A DNA stretch of 64,000 nt from IMG/VR virus record IMGVR_UViG_3300012036_000004, positions 1-64,000 of that record. One strand, given 5' to 3'. The notes under the pieces are model-generated. The model was not told the DNA's origin. It saw only the letters and a list, made by a program, of their open reading frames with translations, and did not search any database. Shown here piece by piece: positions 37,293-46,044 of this stretch. Origin of the DNA: a virus. The translations under genes were made by a program, and so were the position numbers. Positions within the stretch are counted from its first letter, which is position 1. The number at the start of each line of letters is the position of its first letter.

Positions 37293-40200
37293 TAGGTCCT
37301 CTGAATCTTAACGGGGGTGCTCATCTTGATTTCGCCGCGTTTGTACGCTGCCATCGCATCGGCTTTCGAGTCAAAGACGCGCGTCTCGCCTTGCGGACCC
37401 TCTCGAGTTGCCATGTACGTCCCGATCAGCGCTTCGTGTGCCGGGAAGACCATGAGGTCATCCTTGGATACATCGCCGAGAAGAAGGTTGGACAGCGTCA
37501 TGCTCTTCGACTCAGATACGGCGGCGTCTGCCACAGGGACATGCAGCTGCACGGTGTCGCCATCATAGTCGGCGTTCATGCCTTGTTCTGCAAATGGATT
37601 CAGTCGAACGGTCTTGCCCGGGATGAGTTTCGGATACGCAGAAATGAGCCCAAATCGGTGCAGCGTGGGGGCTCGGTTCATGACGACAGGCCGTTTCTTG
37701 ACTTCGGTACCCAGGATGCGTCGAGCCGCCGGGTCTCGGTTCTTCACTTTCTTGCGGGCGTCTGCTGCGCGGTGCCCTGACTGGACCAGTCCTTTGACGA
37801 GGAAAGGTTCGTACATCTTCCAGGCCATCTCCTCAGGCATACCGACCTCGTCCATGTTCAGGTTGAGATCCGGAGCAATGGTTGCGCGGCCCGACAGGTC
37901 CTGACGTCGCTTCATCATGCGCGACTGGAAGTACCCATGCTTCGGCGAGCCGGTGCCTGTGATTTGCTGAAGATGCCCCTTCGTTCCTCGCCCCTGGTTC
38001 TGCGGAGACACGGGGTCATTGAAGCCGAACAAAGCACCGACCGAGTCGTGCAGGTGTTTGCGTCGCTTCTTCCGATCGTCATCGGTGTCGAGCTCCTCGG
38101 GCGTCTCGGTAATGGACTCGTTTGCCAGCATCACGTCTCGGTACAGGTAGTTTGCATCCGAGATGAGCATGGTCCCGTCGCTCGTGGGCATGATGGGGCG
38201 AATCGTCGGAGGCACGACCGGTACCTTCGACAGCACATAGGCGTCGCCCGCGGTCAGGTCTTCTTTGAGCAGAGCGTCGATGTACTTGATGCGCTTGACG
38301 GCATCGTCGAGCGTCGCGCCTCGAGCCGTTTTAATCTCCTGCTTCAGCTTCCGGCGTTCGCTCTTCAGGTCGATCTCGTTGAGCTTCTTTTTGACCTCAG
38401 ACGCCCCCTTGTCATCTCGGAATGCGCGGAATTCATTCTTCGTCATCCCCAGCATCCGACGGGCCGGGTCTTCGAACACCGGATTCACCACCGGCTCCGC
38501 CAGGTTAATCTTGGAGTACTTCGTGCCGGTCAGTCCGCCTGTCAGCGCGGGGTCAAACAGCCCTCCCTCCTCAGGCTGGAGCTGTGTAACGCCCTGGCGT
38601 TTCCGCGGCGTCACGAGCAGTGCGTTCTTCACTTCGGTCTTTGCCATCGAGTCGATGTCGCGGTCGGTGAGCGGGGCCAGGCTGTGTCGTGAACCCTTCT
38701 TGTTCACTTTGATGCCTGCTCCGTGCAGCATGTGATTGAACTTCTCGTAAGCGAAGTTCTCGCTCGGCATCGGAGCTGGAAGACCCAGTTGAATGCGGCG
38801 CCAGTACTCGTCGTTACGCTGTCCTTTAACGACCGCAGCCTCCTGCAGCACGTTTCGAGCGTTGTGCGCAAGGAGTGCGTTGAACTCCATCTTGCCCAGG
38901 GACTTCGCCCCCTCGTCACCGCCTTTGGTGGGCTGCATGTTGGAGTCGTACCCGGGGCCAATACCGCGAGCAGCGAAGTTGGTGTCGGTCGACTTGAACA
39001 GTTTGTAGGTGTACTGCCTCCCCACGTGGATGCCTGGGATTTTCTTTCCCGACATCGGGTCGTACACGGTTTCCTTGTCCTTGAGTCCGTTGTCCTTGAG
39101 TAGCTTCTTCGCCCACTTCACGTTGTCGTGGTCGGCGAACTGATCGATGATGACTGGCTTGCCTGTCTTTTCAGCGACCTTGCCGACCGCCGTCTCGAGA
39201 ATCTGACTGGGGTTGATTCGAGTGATCACGCCTGCAGACGTCATCAACACGTCGATCGGCTTGCCGGCCTCGTCTTTCACCATCTGGTCGTCCGGGACGA
39301 TCTTAGACACCACGCCTTTGTTCCCGTAACGCCCGGCCATTTTGTCCCCTACACCCATTGGCGCGTCCATCTTCACCGTGACGGTGATTTGTTTGTTGGT
39401 GACTGCGACGTCAATCACGGTGCCGGGATGGTCGTGATCCCACGTAATGGCCGCGTCCCGGTAAGGCTTCACCAGTGACTTGTGCAAGTTCCCCAGCATC
39501 TGCTGCTGGGCAGATGCCTGATCTTTTCGGATCGCAGAGATGAGGAGCTCACCGTGGTCCACCTGCTGGCCCTTCTTGATGATTCCCTTGGAGTCGAGCC
39601 GTTCGTACTCCGGACGCGAGTAGCGCGAGCCGAAGTAGGCCCGGTGCTTGTCCTTGTCTGTGGAGACCCCCTGGTCCAGCGACAGCGTCTCTTTGTACAT
39701 GTGCCTCGAAGTCAGCTTCTTGGACGCAGACTCCGAGATCACGACAGCGTCGTTGGAGTTGTAACCGTAGTAGGGCATGTATCCCACCGACAGATTCTTC
39801 CCCAGAGCAAGCGTTCCGTTGCGAGTGAAGTTGGTCTCCGCCAGGGCCTGCCCCTGTTGGACTCGCTGGCCTTTCTTCACGTTGACGTCGTCGTGCATGT
39901 ACGTCTTGGACATCAAGGGGAAGTCCGTAGCGTAAGGCACCTTGACGAGATCGTCTGTCTTGGCCGCGGCGGTCTTCATCCATGCAGAAAGGGATTTTTC
40001 CTGAGGCCCTTCAGCGCTTCGCTTGGAGCGATCAGGTCGGATGTAGATGTAGTCTTTGTCGATCTTCTCCACAGTGCCAGCGGTCGGCGACATGGGAACG
40101 ATGAGCTCACCCATCTGTTTCTCGACAGTCTTCTCCGGGTCCCACGACCGAATTTGTACATAAGGCTCGTCTCGATCAATGAGCGGCAACGCCTGGGTGT

Positions 40201-41746
40201 GCATCTTGGACCCCATGATGTTTCGGTTGCCCTGCGCGCTGTTCAAAAACGGCACGAGATTCGTCGTCGGGCTGTACATCCGGGAGGGGTCGGGGACTTC
40301 ATAGTCCACCTCCGAAGAGTTTACTGAGTAAACCTGTCCGTTCTTCAGTGCGTCGATCTTCTTGCGCCCGCCCAGCTTCTGGTTCGGGAACGCGACGGTT
40401 TTCTCCATCAGCTTCGACGCCTTCACGTACTCGAGTTTCCCGTTCTTGGTGTTGCGCATCTGGGCGTACATGTTTCCTTCGTCGTCACGCCGAGCGAACA
40501 TCGAAGTTCGCACATCGATGCCTGCTTTCCCTGATTCGGGCGTTCGCACCGGGTCAAGGATACCCAGATGGGAGTGATGCACGTCTCGAGCTTCGTCTGG
40601 TACGGCCAAAGTCGACGAAATACCCCCCTCACCTAGCGAGGTGACTTTAACGGCATGATCAACGATCTCCATCGGATTTATCTGCATCGGCGTCGCAGTG
40701 AGTGCGGACGTCGTCACAAAAGAGTGGAGGGATTTCGTGAAAGGAGACGACGGCATGATGTCCGAGACCTTCGGATTGTCCCCGGCCTTCCGAAGACGCA
40801 TCTTGACCTTTCGAGAGATGTCTGGCGCTGCGTCTTTCTCAACTCGTTCCTTCAAAAACGACTCAACCGTGTGGATGGTCTTGAACGCAGTCGAGTCTCG
40901 ATCGTCCTGCTCCTCTTTGTCGTTGTAGACGTTCAGAATCTTCTGACTGGCTCGCAGAAGCGTCTTGGGTTCGACCTTAGAGAACTTCTGACCCAGCGTG
41001 ATGTTGGTGACCTCCGGATCGAGCTGCGTACGGTCGTACGAGTCCCGGATCGCCTCCAACATCTCCTGGTGATTCGGGTTGTCCTCCTGCAGAAAGCTTG
41101 GAATGAGCTTTTTGTAGAGCTTTCGGACGTACCGAGCTTCCTTGCCGGCGGCGTACTTCTTGTTGAGTTGAAGTACGTCCTTGCCCCAATACTTGGTGAT
41201 CTCTGTATCCCGCACCCCCAGGGCTGACAGGGCCCCGTAGAGCGGAATCTTGCTTGAGCCGTACTCCATGAAGATGAGACCGCGGTCTGGGTCGAGCGAC
41301 AACCGGAAGTTACGTCCCTTGGCGAGGTTGAATGCGGACTCGAGCTCTCCGTTGCCGCGCTGCCGTGTGTAGACCCCGGGCTTGATTCGAACCTGGTTGG
41401 AGACGGTGTAGTCATTGCCCTTCATGATGAAGGTGTGCCGCTCTGTGAAGTACGGGATCTGCGCCAGAGTTCGCTTGCTCGTATCCAGTATCTTACCCGT
41501 CTTCTTGTCACGAACAACGACCGTACCCTTCATCGGCTCGACCAAGGTCTTGCCCTCCAGGATGGCTTTCTTCTGCTCGGAGGGAGAGAACACTTTGTTC
41601 GTCGGTTCGACGTCCTGAATCTCCACAATGTGCTTATCTGTCTCGACCCGAAAGTCCTGAATCCCCTTCCTGACGTGGTCTCGAATCATCTCACGCCGTT
41701 CTTCAGCGCGCCCCATCAGGGGATAGAGTGTTGGGTTTTTCGCCAC
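37292..41746 (-). CDS. RNA polymerase beta - beta' N-terminal fusion (catalytic subunit)
   Basis: Beta motifs: RTPESG, MGSKMHTQA, GYNSNDA, GDKMAGRYGNKGV, RINPSQ, GKMEFNAL. Beta' motifs: PVVPP.IRP, D.SGRATI, NRAPTLHR, NADYDGD. Confidence 0.95.
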   Translation of the reverse strand: MAKNPTLYPLMGRAEERREMIRDHVRKGIQDFRVETDKHIVEIQDVEPTNKVFSPSEQKKAILEGKTLVEPMKGTVVVRDKKTGKILDTSKRTLAQIPYFTERHTFIMKGNDYTVSNQVRIKPGVYTRQRGNGELESAFNLAKGRNFRLSLDPDRGLIFMEYGSSKIPLYGALSALGVRDTEITKYWGKDVLQLNKKYAAGKEARYVRKLYKKLIPSFLQEDNPNHQEMLEAIRDSYDRTQLDPEVTNITLGQKFSKVEPKTLLRASQKILNVYNDKEEQDDRDSTAFKTIHTVESFLKERVEKDAAPDISRKVKMRLRKAGDNPKVSDIMPSSPFTKSLHSFVTTSALTATPMQINPMEIVDHAVKVTSLGEGGISSTLAVPDEARDVHHSHLGILDPVRTPESGKAGIDVRTSMFARRDDEGNMYAQMRNTKNGKLEYVKASKLMEKTVAFPNQKLGGRKKIDALKNGQVYSVNSSEVDYEVPDPSRMYSPTTNLVPFLNSAQGNRNIMGSKMHTQALPLIDRDEPYVQIRSWDPEKTVEKQMGELIVPMSPTAGTVEKIDKDYIYIRPDRSKRSAEGPQEKSLSAWMKTAAAKTDDLVKVPYATDFPLMSKTYMHDDVNVKKGQRVQQGQALAETNFTRNGTLALGKNLSVGYMPYYGYNSNDAVVISESASKKLTSRHMYKETLSLDQGVSTDKDKHRAYFGSRYSRPEYERLDSKGIIKKGQQVDHGELLISAIRKDQASAQQQMLGNLHKSLVKPYRDAAITWDHDHPGTVIDVAVTNKQITVTVKMDAPMGVGDKMAGRYGNKGVVSKIVPDDQMVKDEAGKPIDVLMTSAGVITRINPSQILETAVGKVAEKTGKPVIIDQFADHDNVKWAKKLLKDNGLKDKETVYDPMSGKKIPGIHVGRQYTYKLFKSTDTNFAARGIGPGYDSNMQPTKGGDEGAKSLGKMEFNALLAHNARNVLQEAAVVKGQRNDEYWRRIQLGLPAPMPSENFAYEKFNHMLHGAGIKVNKKGSRHSLAPLTDRDIDSMAKTEVKNALLVTPRKRQGVTQLQPEEGGLFDPALTGGLTGTKYSKINLAEPVVNPVFEDPARRMLGMTKNEFRAFRDDKGASEVKKKLNEIDLKSERRKLKQEIKTARGATLDDAVKRIKYIDALLKEDLTAGDAYVLSKVPVVPPTIRPIMPTSDGTMLISDANYLYRDVMLANESITETPEELDTDDDRKKRRKHLHDSVGALFGFNDPVSPQNQGRGTKGHLQQITGTGSPKHGYFQSRMMKRRQDLSGRATIAPDLNLNMDEVGMPEEMAWKMYEPFLVKGLVQSGHRAADARKKVKNRDPAARRILGTEVKKRPVVMNRAPTLHRFGLISAYPKLIPGKTVRLNPFAEQGMNADYDGDTVQLHVPVADAAVSESKSMTLSNLLLGDVSKDDLMVFPAHEALIGTYMATREGPQGETRVFDSKADAMAAYKRGEIKMSTPVKIQRT

Positions 41747-41833
41747 GTGGCCTCCTGGGAAGTTCCGCCATTATACGCAGTACTACCGCGCATTCCAGCG
41801 CCGGAAAACGATCAAAAATCCACCCCCTCGATG

Positions 41834-41910
41834 CGGTATAAGATATTGATACAGAAAACACGCTCTCGACGACACTGCAATCCTGCAGCGAACTCTCCCA
41901 TAAGAGCGTA
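41834..41910 (+). promoter_or_regulatory. Phage promoter motif copy 2 plus structured leader
   Basis: CGGTATAAGATATTGATA; outer stem ACGCTCT/AGAGCGT; inner CTGCA-ATCC-TGCAG. Confidence 0.7.
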
Positions 41911-41927
41911 CGGAACAGGGAAAACAC

Positions 41928-42104
41928 ATGGAACATCTCGACCAGCCGCAGACGAAGCCGAAATCGACCTTCAACAAGGTCGTGGATGGTGTTCTCAAAG
42001 GCGCGAAGATTGGCGCCGGAGTCTGGCTGGCGACCAGCATTGTGAAGCGAGACTGGATGGGGGCATTCAATGCCGTCACCGCGCTCGTCGTGCTCAGGGA
42101 CTAG
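41928..42104 (+). CDS. 58-aa protein (not in ORF track)
   Basis: AGGGA RBS; MEHLDQPQTKPKSTFNKVVDGVLKGAKIGAGVWLATSIVKRDWMGAFNAVTALVVLRD; terminator follows. Confidence 0.65.
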   Translation: MEHLDQPQTKPKSTFNKVVDGVLKGAKIGAGVWLATSIVKRDWMGAFNAVTALVVLRD

Positions 42105-42129
42105 GGTCTCTAAGCACGTCATTTCACCC

Positions 42130-42159
42130 AAAAACCCCCTATATCGGGGGTTATTTTTT
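42130..42159 (+). terminator. Intrinsic (possibly bidirectional) terminator
   Basis: AAAAACCCCC-TATATC-GGGGGTT then ATTTTTT. Confidence 0.75.
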
Positions 42160-42213
42160 GCCCTAAAAAGGGCCCAAAAACCCCCTAAAATCACAAATAT
42201 AGGGGTCTTTTTT

Positions 42214-42289
42214 GGTATAAGATATTGACACGAAAAACACGCTCTGACAACTACATCAATTCTGATGGAACGTCTCCCATGAGTGTGTA
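42214..42289 (+). promoter_or_regulatory. Phage promoter motif copy 3 plus structured leader
   Basis: GGTATAAGATATTGACA; outer stem ACACGCTC/GAGTGTGT; inner CATCA-ATTC-TGATG. Confidence 0.7.
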
Positions 42290-42307
42290 TCAGACAAAGG
42301 TAAAACT

Positions 42308-43348
42308 ATGTCAGTCGCAATCAACGTACTCTCATCGCTCTTCAGCAGTTCCACGCTCGCCTCGGCGGCGTGGAGTGGATTAAGTACACCGGTTCAGGCG
42401 GCCATCGCCTTGGCCGGAATCGGCAGCGCTGGGTGCACCGCCCACTCCGTGGGCAAAAGAACCATCCTTTCGGTAGCGAACTACCGAAAGAACGGTGCAA
42501 AGGTGTTCCTCCCGTGTGGAAACACCGGGAGGGTCAGCAAAGTCGGCTTCGATTTCATCGAGGCCATCCGAGACCATGACGACACCATCGTCACGGTCCG
42601 CGGAGACGACCTCGAGAATCTCCGAGACGCCGAATTCAAGCGTGATCCCGAGGCCGGAGCAAAGGCCCGGGAGCGCGTACAGGCACTCAGGTCGAAGACG
42701 ATCGGAGAACGCCGAAACGAGCGTCTGGGTCAAGACGATCGTCAGCTGTCGGACGTCAAGTACGACAACATCCAGCTCACCGGCGAGCTGGGGGCTGCGA
42801 AGCAGGTGATGAAAGACCAGCGCGCCAAGTTCGAGGCGCGTTTCGAGAATTTCCGCGAGGAAATCTTCGGGCAGATGGACGCTGTGACTCCTGAGGACGA
42901 CGAAGAGGTCGTTCTCGACCTCGGAGACGAGGAATCGGACGCTAAGCCCTCAAACGAGGGCGACGCCTCCTCACCCGAGGAAGGTGCTGACGAGTCCCCC
43001 ACCCAGGAGGACGAAGTCAACGAGAGCACTCCGGCTCTCAAGTCCGACGCCATCAAGGCGAAGGTCAAAGCGGCTGCCGCCGTCGCTGAATCTGCTGACG
43101 AGGCCGTAGAGGCCGCGGAAGCGGAGTTGGATGAAGCACTCGAGGAAGCGGTCGCGACTGCGGCCGCGTCGGATGAGTCGGACGAGTCGGAAGACTCGGA
43201 CGAGTCCAGCGAGTCCACGGAGGACTCGGAGAACAAGGCCAATGCGGCCGCGTCGGATGAGTCGAAAGGCTCAGAAGACAGCGACCCCGCTTCGGCGGAG
43301 GTCGCACCGTCGGGAAAGCAACAGGCGAAGGGGGAGGCGACGGCGTAG
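42308..43348 (+). CDS. Putative early protein: hydrophobic N-terminus, coiled coil, acidic tail
   Basis: AAAGG RBS after promoter motif; D/E/S-rich C-terminal half. Confidence 0.75.
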   Translation: MSVAINVLSSLFSSSTLASAAWSGLSTPVQAAIALAGIGSAGCTAHSVGKRTILSVANYRKNGAKVFLPCGNTGRVSKVGFDFIEAIRDHDDTIVTVRGDDLENLRDAEFKRDPEAGAKARERVQALRSKTIGERRNERLGQDDRQLSDVKYDNIQLTGELGAAKQVMKDQRAKFEARFENFREEIFGQMDAVTPEDDEEVVLDLGDEESDAKPSNEGDASSPEEGADESPTQEDEVNESTPALKSDAIKAKVKAAAAVAESADEAVEAAEAELDEALEEAVATAAASDESDESEDSDESSESTEDSENKANAAASDESKGSEDSDPASAEVAPSGKQQAKGEATA

Positions 43349-43812
43349 CGTCGAAACCCTCTCCAAAGCCGACCCCGGCCAAGGCGAGACCCTCGCGAAA
43401 GCGGGGGAATCGCTGGGAGATCCCCAGAGATGTCCGAAAGGGCATCGCACTCGCAAACGCGTATGCGGATGCGAAAGGGGACGCCGCCGCAGCGGTGGCT
43501 GGGCGTGAGTACATGATGTACTACGCCCAGCGCCTGGTCAAAACGAAGCGTAACCTCGCGGTTGCGCAGCGTTTCGACGCCCACAACCCAGGTTGGACGT
43601 GGCCTGCCAATTATGGCAAGGCTACGGGGCGTACCAAGCTCCTGGAATTCCTCTACGGGGAACTGGCGGACGTCATGCAAGACGTTCAGAAGTTTCTCGA
43701 CGAGTATGCGAATCGAGTCGCGCCACTTCCTGCACGGCGCTACCGACGCTACTCGGATAACGAGTCGCGCGTCACCCTCGGTGAAGGCGCAAAGAAGTCG
43801 TCCTTAAAATAA
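43312..43812 (+). CDS. -1 frame extension of the 42308 gene (includes track ORF 43495-43812)
   Basis: Frame open from 43261 to 43812; slippery G GGA AAG at 43312-43318; no clear RBS of its own. Confidence 0.6.
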   Translation, partial: GKATGEGGGDGVASKPSPKPTPAKARPSRKRGNRWEIPRDVRKGIALANAYADAKGDAAAAVAGREYMMYYAQRLVKTKRNLAVAQRFDAHNPGWTWPANYGKATGRTKLLEFLYGELADVMQDVQKFLDEYANRVAPLPARRYRRYSDNESRVTLGEGAKKSSLK

Positions 43813-43813
43813 G

Positions 43814-43875
43814 CCCTGTCCCTGCGTGGGACAGGGGCAGGCACGACGCCCCCGACTCTGGGGGCGTCTTTTTTT
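43814..43875 (+). terminator. Double hairpin/terminator between convergent genes
   Basis: CCCTGTCCC/GGGACAGGG, then GACGCCCCC/GGGGGCGTC followed by T7. Confidence 0.8.
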
Positions 43876-43877
43876 GA

Positions 43878-44294
43878 TCACTCAGGTTTGGTGACGTGCG
43901 CCACCTCGTCGGTGCCGTCCATGTCCTCGTCGGGCATCTCGCCGTCGCGGTAGAACTCAGGTCCGGCCTTCTTCTTTTTAGGTGTCACATCCAGCCAGGA
44001 CACGGTGACCACCGTGAGCCCGTCCTTGTCATGCGACCACCGTTCTTCTCGGATCATCTTCGTGCCTCGACACGCCTCTGTCATGAGCGTCTCGAGCTCT
44101 TTGACTTGACTGTCTTTGGTGAGGTCGAACATTTTGTAACGCGCCGAGACGTGGTTGTTCTGGGTGAACGACGAGGCTGATCCCGCAGGGCCTCCCTGTC
44201 CGGGGTAGGTCGTACCTCCACCCTGGCGTCGTCGCGAGGGTCCGCGCCCTTGCATAACATCGTGCGATACTTTGCTGACGAAATCGTCTCCCAT
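43878..44294 (-). CDS. Hypothetical protein downstream of portal
   Basis: Abuts the portal stop; SKVS near N-terminus. Confidence 0.7.
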   Translation of the reverse strand: MGDDFVSKVSHDVMQGRGPSRRRQGGGTTYPGQGGPAGSASSFTQNNHVSARYKMFDLTKDSQVKELETLMTEACRGTKMIREERWSHDKDGLTVVTVSWLDVTPKKKKAGPEFYRDGEMPDEDMDGTDEVAHVTKPE

Positions 44295-46016
44295 TTAGCT
44301 CACCATCTCCTGCGCTGCGTTTCGTTCCTGCAGCTGAATCTCTTCGAGTCGTTGAATGACGACGGAGTACATGACGTAGTCTTCGGCCTGTAGCGAAGAG
44401 AGCACCGAACGGCGCTGTCCTTCGTCGATCTGGCTGAGCTCCATCGCCATCTGATCGGCCTCGGCGATGACGGCCTGCTGATCGTACTCGAGACCTGTCG
44501 ATCCTGCAGAAGCCTCGGCCTGCGCCTGGTCTGCGAGCGTCGACTGCAGCTCTTCCATCTTTCGGCTGAGCTTCGCCTGTCGTCGCGTCTGCTCGAGCAT
44601 CTCCTGTTCTTTTTGCTCGATCTCGTCGTCGTAATCGAGGTCGAGAATCTCCGATACGGTGCGTCGCGACACCAGGTCGTACTGCGCGTCCGCCTGCATG
44701 ATGAGAGACTTCTGCTGAATATCGTCGATGAACTTGAAGTTCGTGATATCCGCCGAAACTTTCGCCCATCCGAGGTAGTCTGCAATCGAGTCGCAGATCC
44801 ACTGTAGCAGGTCTCTGAGGTCAGCTGAGTGCGACAACAGCTGATTCTCCAGCATCCGTAATGTGACCGAACTTCCGGTAAAAGAGAGTCCCCCATATAG
44901 GAACTCCCGAGGCACGCCCAGACCGGCGATGATGTTGTTCTCGACTTCCTGCACCTCTCCGAGCGTCAAGAGCGTGCGGCCCTGTCCGCCCATCTGCGTG
45001 ACGCCCAGCGCAACCGGGGCGAACATGATATGGAGCGGGTCTTTTCGCCACTGCTTGATGTTCTGCTTGGTCTCGTCAATCCACTGCGCAAAGGCCAGTG
45101 TTTTGACGGGGTCGTTACTGCTCCCCGTCTGGGCGGGGTGAAGTACACGGAACGGCGTGAGGTGATCGAGTGCAATCGCTTCGTTCGACCTCCGCATGAC
45201 CTCCGCGTAGTAGAACTGCTTCATCACCGAGATCACTGATGGATAGCCCAGTGCTCCTCCAAGCCCCGCCGGTACGTCGCCTTTGAGGTGAAAGATTTTC
45301 GTGGGGTCGAAATGGAAAACCTGGTCGTCGTCCGCGGCTTCCAGGAACGCTTTCGGCGTCCCGTCGATCATGTGCCGATCTCCGTCCTTGATGGCGCTTC
45401 TCAGTTCCGCCGGGAGATCATAGTAATACTCAGTGTTGCCTGTGATGGGGTTGTGTTCGACGTCGATGTGTTTGGGGTCCCAGCAGATGACGTTCATGCG
45501 CTTGGGGTCATACACCTTGACGTCGCGCACCTCGCTCAGACGCGTCGTCGACGACGCCTTGCACTGCATGCAGTTGTACTTGAACGTTCGCTTCTTGTAG
45601 TCGAACTTGTAGTCTTTGATGCGCCGAATGTCCCACATCATCCCGCAGCCTTTGCACGGGACGATGCGTTTGAACGGGAAGTACAGAGAGTAAAAAGCGT
45701 TCCCGTACAGGGTGCGGTTCTTGGACGCACCCTTCAGCACCACCTTCGCCCGAAGAGTCTCGAGCACAATCTCGGAGTACTTCGTTCGGAGCGACTCGGA
45801 CTCCGTCTTGAACGTGATGTCCGTGATGACGTAGTCAGCGAGTTTTTGAAGAGCGATGAAAATGTGGGGGGAGTTGTAGTAAATATACTCCGTCCACCGG
45901 TACATATCCTTCAACTTCCGAGGGACGAAGCCCGTCAGAAAATTGAACATCGGGTTCGGATGCGCATTCGACTGCCCGAGAATGTCGAAAGGCTCTCTGC
46001 TGATATCACCACTCAT
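44295..46016 (-). CDS. Portal protein
   Basis: 573 aa; TLYGNAF; CxxC...CxxC insert; IFHLK; IIAGLGVPREFLYGG typical of portals. Confidence 0.8.
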   Translation of the reverse strand: MSGDISREPFDILGQSNAHPNPMFNFLTGFVPRKLKDMYRWTEYIYYNSPHIFIALQKLADYVITDITFKTESESLRTKYSEIVLETLRAKVVLKGASKNRTLYGNAFYSLYFPFKRIVPCKGCGMMWDIRRIKDYKFDYKKRTFKYNCMQCKASSTTRLSEVRDVKVYDPKRMNVICWDPKHIDVEHNPITGNTEYYYDLPAELRSAIKDGDRHMIDGTPKAFLEAADDDQVFHFDPTKIFHLKGDVPAGLGGALGYPSVISVMKQFYYAEVMRRSNEAIALDHLTPFRVLHPAQTGSSNDPVKTLAFAQWIDETKQNIKQWRKDPLHIMFAPVALGVTQMGGQGRTLLTLGEVQEVENNIIAGLGVPREFLYGGLSFTGSSVTLRMLENQLLSHSADLRDLLQWICDSIADYLGWAKVSADITNFKFIDDIQQKSLIMQADAQYDLVSRRTVSEILDLDYDDEIEQKEQEMLEQTRRQAKLSRKMEELQSTLADQAQAEASAGSTGLEYDQQAVIAEADQMAMELSQIDEGQRRSVLSSLQAEDYVMYSVVIQRLEEIQLQERNAAQEMVS

Positions 46017-46044
46017 CCGAACTCCACATCCTCAAAAGGCACCT

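Noticed and set aside
33329-41746. Host rpoB/rpoC operon
   Set aside because: Non-canonical split, highly divergent, no ribosomal protein genes nearby, embedded among capsid genes
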